Shown in pieces: positions 1 to 9,539 of a DNA stretch of 64,000 nucleotides. Numbering within the stretch: the first letter of the stretch is position 1; each line of letters begins with the position of its first letter. The stretch spans positions 2,176,001-2,240,000 of the forward strand of contig OY969814.1 of NCBI GenBank assembly GCA_963703345.1, written 5' to 3'. The notes beneath the pieces are model-generated. The model was not told the origin of the DNA. It was given only the letters and a program-made list of their open reading frames with translations, and made no database searches. Origin of the DNA: an uncultured Chloroflexia bacterium. GTDB lineage: Bacteria; Chloroflexota; Dehalococcoidia; DSTF01; JALHUB01. Position numbers and translations under genes: made by a program.

Positions 1-1
1 G

Positions 2-850
2 CACTTCTTTCAGACCAACAGCGTCGGCACTGCGATGCTCTACGAAACCATCGTCAACCGGCACCTTCCGATTGCCAAGGTTGTCGTGGCGTCGTCTCAG
101 GCCGTCTACGGCGAAGGGAAATACCTGTGCGTGCTCCACGGCACGCGGTACCCTGGCCAGCGGCTGCGACAACAGCTCAGTCGCGGCGACTGGGAGCTGC
201 GCTGCCCCGATTGCGGTCAGCCGCTGGAGCCGGTCTGGACGGACGAAACCGTGACGGCGCCGCACAACAGCTACGGCCTCTCCAAGCGCGATCAGGAGGA
301 CCTGGCGATTCAGCTCGGCCGCCGCTACGACATTCCCAGCGTCGCTCTGCGCTACTCCATCGTCCAGGGACCGCGCCAGTCCTTCCGCAACGCCTACTCC
401 GGCGCGCTACGATCGTTCGCGGTGCGCGTCCTGACGGGCGCGCCGCCGGTCATCTACGAAGACGGCCAGCAACTACGCGACTATGTCTCGATCCGCGACG
501 TCGTTGCCGCCAACCTGCTCGTGCTGGAGGACGACCGCGCCGACTATCAGGTGTTCAATGTCGGCGGTGACCGGCGGATCACGGTCCTTGGGCTCGCCTG
601 GATGGTCTGTCACGCCGCGGAAGTCGACATCGTGCCGGAATGTTGCACGCTCTACCGACTCGGCGACACGCGTCACATCTTTTCCGACGTTTCGCGACTC
701 CGCGCCCTCGGCTGGGAGCCAAAGGTCAGCGAGACGGAGATCGTGCGCGAGTACCTGGAGTGGGCGTCGCAGCAGCCGGACCTGAGCGATACATTCGCCG
801 CGGCGCAGGAGGTGATGGAGTCGGCCGGCGTGCTGGGGAAGGCCGCATAG
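2..850 (+). CDS. NAD-dependent epimerase/dehydratase (extended SDR), 5'-truncated by the window edge
   Basis: Frame is open from base 2 (HFFQTNSVGTAM...). Motifs ASSQAVYG, YGLSK (YxxxK), LRYSIVQGPRQ and YEDGQQLRDYV. Confidence 0.9.
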   Translation, partial: HFFQTNSVGTAMLYETIVNRHLPIAKVVVASSQAVYGEGKYLCVLHGTRYPGQRLRQQLSRGDWELRCPDCGQPLEPVWTDETVTAPHNSYGLSKRDQEDLAIQLGRRYDIPSVALRYSIVQGPRQSFRNAYSGALRSFAVRVLTGAPPVIYEDGQQLRDYVSIRDVVAANLLVLEDDRADYQVFNVGGDRRITVLGLAWMVCHAAEVDIVPECCTLYRLGDTRHIFSDVSRLRALGWEPKVSETEIVREYLEWASQQPDLSDTFAAAQEVMESAGVLGKAA

Positions 851-1204
851 ATAGGAAAAGCGCTGCTCCCGCGTCCGTCACCGCTGACCGGTCTTCTAAG
901 CGACCGGCCCGTCCGGATGCGACCCGCGTGGGTCATGTCCAGGCTACATGCGTAGGTGCGACCCTCGCGCTCGTCGCCGGAGCTTGTTCCCTGCCCCGTT
1001 CAGGCAAGACCATCGGTTGCGACAGAGACATTTCAGTCGCTACGGACTCCATTCCAGATAACGACTCGGAAGAGGCAGGGAGGCGGGCCCTGCGAATCCA
1101 ACTTACGGTTCGTCGGGGGCCCGGACAATCGGGCAAAGCCCTCATATTGCGGGCGGCGGCGATTGCGCTATACTGCGGCTGATACCGAAGCGAGGGGACG
1201 TTTG

Positions 1205-1663
1205 ATGATTGAAGGCGTCGAGCTGAAGGAGCTGGTCACGCACAGCGACGAGCGCGGCTTCTTTCGCGAGATCGTGCGCGGGACGGAGGCGATTGCTGTC
1301 GAGGGCTTTGCGCAGGTCGGCCACTCGCTGATGTTCCCCGGCGTAATCAAAGCCTGGCACGTCCACCCGCATCAGATCGACTGGTGGTACGTGGTGGCCG
1401 GCGACCTCAAAGTCGCGCTGTACGATCTGCGAGAGGGCTCTTCGACGTGCGGAGAGCTGCAGGAAGTCTTCCTCGGCGACCACTATCCGAAGCGGCTGCT
1501 CAAGATACCGGCGGGCGTGGCCCACGGCTGCAAGGCGATAGGCGGACAAGCGCACCTGGTGTACCTGACATCGAGCACGTACGACGTCGCGGAAGAGGGG
1601 CGTTTGCCGCACGACGACCCGCGCATCGGCTACGATTGGCTGGCGCCGCCGCCGATAAGCTAG
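1205..1663 (+). CDS. dTDP-4-dehydrorhamnose 3,5-epimerase family cupin (RmlC-like)
   Basis: MIEGV...HSDERGFFRE, KAWHVH, IPAGVAHG and DDPRIGYDW motifs. ATG at 1205 follows GAGGGG. Confidence 0.85.
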   Translation: MIEGVELKELVTHSDERGFFREIVRGTEAIAVEGFAQVGHSLMFPGVIKAWHVHPHQIDWWYVVAGDLKVALYDLREGSSTCGELQEVFLGDHYPKRLLKIPAGVAHGCKAIGGQAHLVYLTSSTYDVAEEGRLPHDDPRIGYDWLAPPPIS

Positions 1664-1859
1664 CCTATCGGTCCTCCCTGGAAGTCTTCCTTTACGTTCC
1701 GCCCGAAGTGCACCCACTGCCCGGTCGCCGGCTCCGCCTTGTCGATGAAGATGAACTTGGCGTTATCGACGCGCAACAGCTCGGTGGCGGCGCCGGAGGA
1801 GGTGGCGGAGCTGCGTGTTCGTCGTCGCGACGGGCCGAAAGGTGAGGAATGAGGCGAGA

Positions 1860-3083
1860 CTAACCTGCGCGCGCGCTCCAGCCTACGTTCGGGCCGGAAG
1901 CCGACTCGCTGCTCTTCTCGCGCTTGGCCTCGGCGAGGGCGGCCTCCGCAGCGTCGATAAGTTCGTCACGGGAGGTGCCGTCTTCGGGGTAGGCGACGAT
2001 GGCGACGCTGGCGGTAACGGGTTCGGGCGGGCCATCGCCTCCGAACACCGTCACCTGGCCGATCTGCGCGATGAGCTTGCTCGTCATTGCGACGGCGACG
2101 GCGCGGTTGCTCTCCGGCAGGATGAGCGCGAACTCATCGCTGCCGTAGCGAACGGCGACCTCCGGCTCCGCAAGCGAAGTCGTCATCATCATGCCGACAG
2201 AGCGCAGCAGCTTGTCGCCCATCGAAGGCCCGTAGCCCTCGTTGAAAGCCGTGAAACCATCGATGTCGAGGAGAACGATCGACAGGGGCCGGTTGTAGCG
2301 ATTCGCCCTGACAATCTCCTGGGCCAGCGTGTCCTTGAAGAAGCGGCGATTGCGCAGCCACGTCACCTCGTCCACCTCGCTGAAGCGGCCTGCCTCTTCC
2401 TGGTCCAGGCTTTCTTTGAGGGCCAGCGTGCAATGGCCGGCCAGAAGCTCCAGGATCTCGATGTCGATGTCCTCGTGGTCGAACATGAACGTGACCAGCC
2501 CGATGGGCTCGCCGTTCATGACCAGCGGGACCATGGCCAGCTTCCTGACGTCGAGGCGCTTCTGTCCACTCTCGCAACTCTGGCGCCCCAGCACGTCTTC
2601 CGCCAGGTCACGCACGGACGGCGCGACGACGACTTCGCCGCCTTCAAGGATTATGCGGCGGGTGCTGCGGAGGTAGAGCGGAAACTCCAGTTGCGTCATC
2701 TCCGCCTCGAACGCGAGCGATGCCTGATCGAGACGCGCGTCGTTCGTGCCCTCGAGCGGCTTGGCGTGGAGGACGCCGCGTCGCTTGTCCAGCAGGAGGG
2801 GATAGACTACTTTCGCGCCGCTGATCTGGGGCGCCTTCTCCAGAAACAGCGTCAGTATCTCCGTGCTCGTGCCGGCGCTGTGTAAGAGCAACGCTAGAAT
2901 GCCGAGCTCGCGCAGGCGCTCCACCTGCCGTCGCAGAGCGGCCGTGTCCGGATTGTCGTCCGCTTGCGGGTCCTTCGACCGGTTAATCCCGGGCTCTCCT
3001 TTGGGCGGTTGCGACTCCCCGAGCAGCCATTTGCTGATTCCCGCCCTTAGCTGGCCCTTTCCGGCCTTTCCTTCTTCCTCCAA
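1860..3083 (-). CDS. GAF + GGDEF-domain protein (diguanylate cyclase-like, GSDEF variant)
   Basis: DEVTWLRNRR, LLDIDGF..FNEGYG..GD and RYGSDEF motifs, preceded by a GAF-like LAMVPLVMNGEPIGLV segment. Confidence 0.85.
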   Translation of the reverse strand: MEEEGKAGKGQLRAGISKWLLGESQPPKGEPGINRSKDPQADDNPDTAALRRQVERLRELGILALLLHSAGTSTEILTLFLEKAPQISGAKVVYPLLLDKRRGVLHAKPLEGTNDARLDQASLAFEAEMTQLEFPLYLRSTRRIILEGGEVVVAPSVRDLAEDVLGRQSCESGQKRLDVRKLAMVPLVMNGEPIGLVTFMFDHEDIDIEILELLAGHCTLALKESLDQEEAGRFSEVDEVTWLRNRRFFKDTLAQEIVRANRYNRPLSIVLLDIDGFTAFNEGYGPSMGDKLLRSVGMMMTTSLAEPEVAVRYGSDEFALILPESNRAVAVAMTSKLIAQIGQVTVFGGDGPPEPVTASVAIVAYPEDGTSRDELIDAAEAALAEAKREKSSESASGPNVGWSARAG

Positions 3084-3101
3084 CTAAAGCCTCCTTGGGC
3101 A

Positions 3102-4073
3102 TCAAGCCTTATCCCCAAGCTGCACCAGCATCGTGTTCGAATCGTGGGGCACGACGGTGCAGTTCCGCTTCATGACCTTGTGCAGCGCGTTCTCCAGCTC
3201 CGACGACTGGAGCTCGTCTGTGCTCTCCAGCGATATCGAAGCTATACCGTTGACGTAGTTGAGCAGCGACAGGTTTCGCACCGAAGGGATGCTGTTCAGC
3301 GCCTGATGCAGTTGCATAAGCTCCACCGAGTTCTTGCGATCTTCGACGGTGACGCGATACGCGTATGGCGCCGGCGTGTCATCGGGTACGAGCGTTACGG
3401 GCTTCGGGGCGGGCCGCGACGGCCCTACCGGCATCACCCAGCCGCCTTCCGCCTCCTCCGCCTGATGGGCCTTCTCCCTCGCGCCGGACTTGCGTCGCAT
3501 CGCCTGCCATTCGCGGTTGAGATGCCCGCCTTCTCCGCCGTGAGGAATCGATGCCGGGCGCGACGGCTCCTCTTCCTCGGTGTCAAGCAATCGGAGAGGA
3601 GCACCGAACTCGGCGACCGGCGGCGCCTCTGGCCCGCGCTGCGGCTGGTCGATGAAGGCCCCGAGAGCCTCCTCGAGCCCGCCGAGGCTGCGTAGGAGCG
3701 GCGCCATCTGCTGCAGCGTCGCGCGCAGGAAGCGAATAGACTCCGCGGCCTCGTTGATGCTGCGTTCGACCGAGCGAAGGGCGTCGGTCCAGGCAGCCAG
3801 AGCGGGCGCCAGGTCGTCTCCCGTTTCGGGCGGAGGCGCGGCAGATGGAAGCGCCGGAGATGTCTCGAGCGTACCTTCCACCAAGTCGTCCGCCGTTTCG
3901 GACGGAAGCGCAGCGGACGCAGGCGCCGGAGACGTCTCAGGCACACTCTCCGGCAACGCCCCTACCTCGTCGGTCTCCGACCCGTCACTCAACAAAGCAT
4001 CTGTCGTCAAATCCACCCCCACAAGGGGATATCGCCCGCAGCCGGCCGCTCGGGCAACGACATCTCTCACCAT
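3102..4073 (-). CDS. Hypothetical protein (acidic/Pro-rich N-terminus, coiled-coil, small C-terminal alpha/beta domain); start uncertain
   Basis: Long ORF with host-like codon usage directly upstream of the GGDEF gene. An alternative TTG start lies near 4010. Confidence 0.65.
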   Translation of the reverse strand: MVRDVVARAAGCGRYPLVGVDLTTDALLSDGSETDEVGALPESVPETSPAPASAALPSETADDLVEGTLETSPALPSAAPPPETGDDLAPALAAWTDALRSVERSINEAAESIRFLRATLQQMAPLLRSLGGLEEALGAFIDQPQRGPEAPPVAEFGAPLRLLDTEEEEPSRPASIPHGGEGGHLNREWQAMRRKSGAREKAHQAEEAEGGWVMPVGPSRPAPKPVTLVPDDTPAPYAYRVTVEDRKNSVELMQLHQALNSIPSVRNLSLLNYVNGIASISLESTDELQSSELENALHKVMKRNCTVVPHDSNTMLVQLGDKA

Positions 4074-4195
4074 ATTGATCGGCAGGTCGGGCCCCACTCC
4101 ACACGTTCGTCCGGCAAGTAGACTACCAGCGACGGCTTCCGGTAACATCGGCTTGAATCCGTGCATCTTTGCGGGAGCAGAAAGGACGCGCCGAG

Positions 4196-5233
4196 ATGAA
4201 GGCAGTGGTGTTCAACGAGCACGGGGACATCGACGTCCTCAAGTACACAGACGTACCGGAGCCACAGGTCTCGCCGAACGAGGTGCTGATCAAGGTGAAG
4301 GCATCCGGTTGCAACTACAACGATATCTGGGCGCGGCGCGGCATGCCGGGCGTGTCTATAATCATGCCGCACATCTCGGGAAGCGATGCCGCCGGCGAAG
4401 TCGTTAACGTGGGCAGCGAGGTCAAGAATGTGAAGGTCGGCGATGAGGTCGTCGTCTTCAGCAGCTTCAGTTGCGGGACCTGCGAGGCTTGCGCCGGCGG
4501 CGACGTGTTCTTCTGCCGTCAGTTCAAGATCTGGGGCTTCCAGACCGGCCCTCTCGATGGCGGTCACGCCGAGTACGCTAAAGTCCCTGCCTTCAACGTC
4601 GTGCCGAAGCCGAAGAATCTTAGCTGGGAGCAGGCGGCCTCCATGCCGCTGGTCCTCTTCACCGCCTGGCGGATGCTGGTCACCCGGGCGAAGGTGAAAC
4701 CGGGCGACCTCGTCCTGATCTGGGGTGGTGCCGGCGGCCTGGGGACGATGGCGGTCCAGATCTGTAAGCTGTTCAACGCCAAGGCCATCGCCGTGGCGAA
4801 CAGCGACGACAAGCTGCAGATCGCCAGCGAGCTGGGCGCCGCATACACGATCAATCGCAGCAAGCAGGACGTGAACGAAGAGATACGGAAGATCACCGAG
4901 CGCCGCGGCGTCGACATCGCCTTCGAGCACGTGGGCGAAGCGACGTGGGAGACGAGCGTCCGTTCCCTCAAGTGGGGCGGCACGCTGGTAACCTGCGGCG
5001 CGACCAGCGGCTTCGACGCCAAGACGGACATTCGCCTGCTCTGGAACAAGCAGCTCAACTTCCGCGGCTCACACATGGCGAACAAGGCAGAGTTCCTCGA
5101 CGCCTGGCGCTGGGTGGAGAGCGGCGACATCAAGCCGGCCGTGTTTATCGCGCTGCCGCTTCAGGAGGCCGGCCTGGCCCAGAAGGCTATGGAAGAGGGA
5201 CGCGTGATCGGCAAGGTCGTGCTGACTCGCTGA
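4196..5233 (+). CDS. Zinc-binding alcohol dehydrogenase / quinone oxidoreductase (MDR family)
   Basis: MKAVVFNEHG, structural Zn CGTCEAC...C, GGAGGLG and a C-terminal GKVVL. Confidence 0.9.
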   Translation: MKAVVFNEHGDIDVLKYTDVPEPQVSPNEVLIKVKASGCNYNDIWARRGMPGVSIIMPHISGSDAAGEVVNVGSEVKNVKVGDEVVVFSSFSCGTCEACAGGDVFFCRQFKIWGFQTGPLDGGHAEYAKVPAFNVVPKPKNLSWEQAASMPLVLFTAWRMLVTRAKVKPGDLVLIWGGAGGLGTMAVQICKLFNAKAIAVANSDDKLQIASELGAAYTINRSKQDVNEEIRKITERRGVDIAFEHVGEATWETSVRSLKWGGTLVTCGATSGFDAKTDIRLLWNKQLNFRGSHMANKAEFLDAWRWVESGDIKPAVFIALPLQEAGLAQKAMEEGRVIGKVVLTR

Positions 5234-5255
5234 TCCGGCGTTCGAGGCACGGCGG

Positions 5256-5855
5256 TCACGCCCCGCCGGGGCCCGAGAGCGGCAGCCGCCAGGGTATCTC
5301 TTCTCGCAGGTCGAAGCTCATCTTGCCCAGTCGCAGCCGCCGCACAACGTCGCCGACGACGGTGACGAGAAGCACGCCGACGAATATGTTCAGTGGCGTC
5401 GACATCGTCGCCGGAAGCGCTCCTATGGCGATGAACAACGCGGTCCCCGCCGCCGGCGGATGGTACGATCGCAGACCGACGTTGAAAAGCAGGGTGAAAG
5501 CTGCTGCCAGCAAGGCCGCCCACATCCGCAGCGCGACCGGATGTCCTGCAGCCAATATCGATGGAGAGTTGACGGCCCCCACGGCATGCAGCGCGAGAAA
5601 CGCGGCGCCGACGCCGGTCATGTGACCAACCATGATATTGTAGGGCCGTGAGGTCTCGCGCGTGGGGGTCGTCGCCTGGAAGTAGGCCGTCGGGCCCAGG
5701 CTGGGGAAGAGCCACACTCTGTCAACGGCGAAAGCGAGAGCTAGCGGCACCGTCAAGATGGCCGCCCCCGCTAGGGGCTCCCAGACGATGTTGGGGATGT
5801 CAGGAATGCGACTGAGCCATCCCGTGCGCGGGACCGTCGTTTCTTCGGGCGCCAA
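5256..5855 (-). CDS. HPP family membrane protein
   Basis: PSLGPTA, SRPYNIMVGH and YHPPAAGTAL signature; four hydrophobic helices. Confidence 0.85.
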   Translation of the reverse strand: MAPEETTVPRTGWLSRIPDIPNIVWEPLAGAAILTVPLALAFAVDRVWLFPSLGPTAYFQATTPTRETSRPYNIMVGHMTGVGAAFLALHAVGAVNSPSILAAGHPVALRMWAALLAAAFTLLFNVGLRSYHPPAAGTALFIAIGALPATMSTPLNIFVGVLLVTVVGDVVRRLRLGKMSFDLREEIPWRLPLSGPGGA

Positions 5856-5898
5856 CGCTCTTCCTTGAAATCAAGCCGCCCGTTGAGATCAGGACGTT

Positions 5899-6858
5899 CT
5901 ACATACCGGCGCTCATGCCGTCGAGTGCAGCGACCTCCTCGGGCGAGAGGCGCAGGTCGACCGCGGGCAGGATGGCCGCGAGCTGCTCCTCACTGTTGGC
6001 GCCGATGATGGGCGACGTTATCACGGGCTTGGCGAGCAGCCACGCGACGGCGACCGCCGCCAGCGTCGTCTCACGCGCCCGGGCAATCACCTCCAACGCC
6101 TCGATGACGCGCCAGCCGGCGTCGTTCTCATAGCGTCTCACACCGCCCGCGCGAGCGCTCTTCGGTTCGGGGCGGTCGCGGCGGTACTTGCCGGTCAGGA
6201 AGCCGCTGGCGAGGGGGCTGTAAGGGATGACGGCGATGCTCTCGCGCAGGCAGAGGCCGGCGAGGGCCTCCTCGAACTCACCGCGGTGCACAAGGCTGTA
6301 GTTCGGCTGCAGCGAGATATAGCGAGACAGCGAGTTCTGGCGCGCAACGTCTAGGGCTTCTTCCAGCAACGGCGCCGAGTAATTCGAAGCGCCGATATAG
6401 CGCACCTTCCCCGACCGGACTAGATCGTCGAAGGCGCGAAGCGTCTCCTCGATGGGTGTCTCGTCGTCGGGCGCGTGCGACTGGTAGAGATCGATTGTCT
6501 CGATCTGGAGGCGCTGCAGGCTCTTCTCGACCGCCTGCACGATGTGATTGCGTCCGAGGCCCTTGCCGTCCGGCCCTTCCCACACCGGCATGCGGACCTT
6601 GGTCGCGACGACCATCCTGTCACGATTGCCGCGCGCCTTCAGCCAGCGGCCGATGATCGATTCGGAGACGCCGCCGGGGTTGTCGGGAGCCCAGCGGCTG
6701 TAGACGTCCGCCGTATCGATGAAGTTGCCGCCGGCAGCGACGAAAGCGTCCATGACGTCGAACGCTGCGGCTGCGTCGGCGGTCCAGCCGAACTGCATCG
6801 ACCCCAGGCAGAGGGCCGAGACCTCCAGGTCTGTTACGCCGAACTTACGTCGCTGCAT
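5899..6858 (-). CDS. Aldo/keto reductase
   Basis: [34 protein letters not shown] and [14 protein letters not shown]. Confidence 0.95.
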   Translation of the reverse strand: MQRRKFGVTDLEVSALCLGSMQFGWTADAAAAFDVMDAFVAAGGNFIDTADVYSRWAPDNPGGVSESIIGRWLKARGNRDRMVVATKVRMPVWEGPDGKGLGRNHIVQAVEKSLQRLQIETIDLYQSHAPDDETPIEETLRAFDDLVRSGKVRYIGASNYSAPLLEEALDVARQNSLSRYISLQPNYSLVHRGEFEEALAGLCLRESIAVIPYSPLASGFLTGKYRRDRPEPKSARAGGVRRYENDAGWRVIEALEVIARARETTLAAVAVAWLLAKPVITSPIIGANSEEQLAAILPAVDLRLSPEEVAALDGMSAGM

Positions 6859-6920
6859 GTCCTCATTCTATCACGACGTGAAGCGCTCGAAGGGGGCTCT
6901 CGTAAGCGGCGAAAGGCGCC

Positions 6921-9539
6921 CTATTCGCCGCCGAAATCGTCTGCTTCCACGTCGGCTGCCTTGCCGGTCAGCACGCCGAGCCGGACGGCGCTCACCTTTC
7001 GGTAGACCTCCCGCGGATCCCGCAGGACACCGTCGACGGTGAGCAGCGCGTCGACCCTGATGCCGAAGAGCCGTTCGTTCTCCACCAGATAAGGGCGTAT
7101 CAGGAGCCAGTCGTCGTCGGTCAATGGGCCAAGCTCGCCGCCGTTGAGCTGCGACTCTTCGACCTGCCCCAGCGGGTCGCGCACGTAGATGGCGCCGCCG
7201 GAGGCGAGCGAGAAGAGGTTGCCGCCGGGATAGGGGACCGGCTGCGGCACGAGATTGTTGCGCTCATCGAACTCCATGCCGTTGACGACGACGAAGCCGC
7301 CGCCGTTTAGGGGGTCGCCGGCCATGAACGATTCGGCGAGGAAGTCGAGGCAGGTGCCGTTGATGACGACGCGCGGCCTTCCGACGGCATTGATCAGCGG
7401 CCGCCCGGCGGCGTTGCCGAGGACGTATACTTCGCCGCCCTTGGCGCCGTAGAGGAACGTCTGACCGACGTCGCCGTGGACGACGAGCTTGCCGCGATTC
7501 ATGATCTGCCCGAGCTGGTCCTGCGCATTGCTGTGGACGAATATGGAGAGGCCGTCGATTCCGGAGGCCAGGTAGTCGCCGGAGCTGCCGTACACGTCGA
7601 TTCGGACGTCCTGCGTCTCCGGGCCCAGGCCGCAGCCGGCAAAGCGCTGGCCGCGATAGCCGTGGCAGATGAAGCGGCGCCACCCCATCCCATAGGCGCG
7701 ACGCACGAGCACGGCGTCGCAATCGTCGCCTTCCGGCGGGAAGTCTTCGACGTTGACGACGAGCGTTTCCTCGCCCGCTTGCGGCGGCGCAAGCAGCTCA
7801 CGGGTCTGCCAGTCGATCTTGCGATAGGCAGCACTGTTGACGGACCCGAACGGTGGCGCGGCTTCGAACAGCGACGAGAGCGATTCGTCGATGACGCGCA
7901 GCACCGAGCTCCGACGCTTGTCCCCCGTGTCATAGCGACGGTCGCGCAGCAGCGTGAGCACTTCGATGGCCGTTGCGGCGCCGTTGCCCTCGGACGCCTC
8001 TTCAATGAGGGCGTCGCAGAAGGAGCGCAGGCCGTCGGGCTGCCACCCGGGCAGCGCTTCCGCGGCGTAGCGGTAGAGCGCCGCGCCGTCGTTGCGGGCA
8101 AGACAGTCGCGGATGGCTTCCCGAATCGATGAGGCGGCCCGCTCCGGCGCCGGGACGTCGCAACGTATGGCGGCGCTGCCGGCGGTCACCGGGCGGCCGA
8201 ACTTGTCGCTGCAGGTGAGCGTCTTGTGGCCGTTCCCCTCGACATTGAAGAGGAAGGCGCCGCCGTCGGTGTGACTGCCGCCGCGGGCGTTCCAGTAGCG
8301 GTCGGCCACCGGGCAGAAGCGCGCGTCTTCGGCGGCCAGGCTGCGCAGCGTAGCGTCGATTGCCTGCTTCTCGGAGCATATCAGCCCGATCTGAACGTCG
8401 CCGTCGGCGAGGGCGAAGACCTGGGGCCGCAACATCGCCGTGTCCGTGATGCCCAGGAGCTGATAGCGTCCTTCGTCCGGCAGGCTGCGGGCGATGATGA
8501 AGAACCAGGGCCCGTCGGGCGAGCCGTGGATGTGGGCGGCCTGCAGTCGGCGATAGAGAAGCTGCTTCTCCTCGGGAAGCTGATCGAAGTCGCGCTCCGT
8601 CGTCGGAGCCAGCGCCTCGATGATGTACTCCAGCGGGTACTTGTAGACGCGCGCCCACAGGTCGAATAGGAGCGCCGAGACCTCGGTGTCGGTCAGGAAC
8701 TGCGGCCGGATGTTGCGCTGCAGCAGGTACTCGGCGACAGAGTGATAGTTGGCGAAGTCGCCGTTGTGGACCAGTGCCTCGTTCAGGCCGACGAACGGGT
8801 GCGCGCCACCCGGATGCCAGACGCGCCCCTTAGTCGGGTAGCGCTGGTGGGCGATCCAGACGTGGGCGCGAAAGTCCTCCAGACGATAGTACTGGACGAT
8901 CTGCTCGGCGTAGCCCACGATCTTGAAGACGACCAGATTCCGTCCATGCGAGAGGACGAACGCCCGCTGCTCGCCGAGCGAGGCGTAGAACTTCTCGTTC
9001 AGGCGGACGGAGTTGCGGTAGACGAACTCGTCCTCCACGTCGCGCGAGGGCAGGTCGGCGAGTCCCTGGCGCTCGGCGAACTCCGTCAGCACTTCGGGTT
9101 TCACGCGCAGCAGGTAGCGCTGGACGTCCGGCGGCTTTATCTCCATGCCCGGCACGTCGCGGTAGTCGTCAACTGTCGGCATTTGAGCCGAGAGGGCGAC
9201 GTCGAAATAGGGCGCGATGCAGGCTTCTTCCACCTCGCCGCGCGCCTTGGGATCGAGGAGGGCGACCTGGAGCAGGTAGTGCGAATCGAGCACCTCCTGC
9301 GTGACGCCTATGTCCTCGGCCACCAAGCCGGCCGCCGCGATTCCGCCGCCCTTGCCGTTGCCGCGGTTATGCATCTGAACAGAGGGCTCGTAGATGTGAC
9401 GCCCGCGGATGGGGATGGAGCAGGCGAAGCCGGTTACGCCGCAACCGCCCTCGTCGGCGGCGCGACGCTCCACCGTGCGAGGCTTGCCTTCCAGAAGCTC
9501 CGCCCGCGATTCGACAATCCGGTCGGCGGCGTCAGTCAT
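6921..9539 (-). CDS. Glutamate synthase glutamine amidotransferase (class II) domain fused to GXGXG beta-helix domain
   Basis: EGGCGVTG (Ntn Cys), HQRYPT, HPF, VHNGDFAN and TDTE. C-terminal GQRFAGCG, SGDYLASG and GDVGQTFLYGAKGG repeats. Confidence 0.9.
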   Translation of the reverse strand: MTDAADRIVESRAELLEGKPRTVERRAADEGGCGVTGFACSIPIRGRHIYEPSVQMHNRGNGKGGGIAAAGLVAEDIGVTQEVLDSHYLLQVALLDPKARGEVEEACIAPYFDVALSAQMPTVDDYRDVPGMEIKPPDVQRYLLRVKPEVLTEFAERQGLADLPSRDVEDEFVYRNSVRLNEKFYASLGEQRAFVLSHGRNLVVFKIVGYAEQIVQYYRLEDFRAHVWIAHQRYPTKGRVWHPGGAHPFVGLNEALVHNGDFANYHSVAEYLLQRNIRPQFLTDTEVSALLFDLWARVYKYPLEYIIEALAPTTERDFDQLPEEKQLLYRRLQAAHIHGSPDGPWFFIIARSLPDEGRYQLLGITDTAMLRPQVFALADGDVQIGLICSEKQAIDATLRSLAAEDARFCPVADRYWNARGGSHTDGGAFLFNVEGNGHKTLTCSDKFGRPVTAGSAAIRCDVPAPERAASSIREAIRDCLARNDGAALYRYAAEALPGWQPDGLRSFCDALIEEASEGNGAATAIEVLTLLRDRRYDTGDKRRSSVLRVIDESLSSLFEAAPPFGSVNSAAYRKIDWQTRELLAPPQAGEETLVVNVEDFPPEGDDCDAVLVRRAYGMGWRRFICHGYRGQRFAGCGLGPETQDVRIDVYGSSGDYLASGIDGLSIFVHSNAQDQLGQIMNRGKLVVHGDVGQTFLYGAKGGEVYVLGNAAGRPLINAVGRPRVVINGTCLDFLAESFMAGDPLNGGGFVVVNGMEFDERNNLVPQPVPYPGGNLFSLASGGAIYVRDPLGQVEESQLNGGELGPLTDDDWLLIRPYLVENERLFGIRVDALLTVDGVLRDPREVYRKVSAVRLGVLTGKAADVEADDFGGE

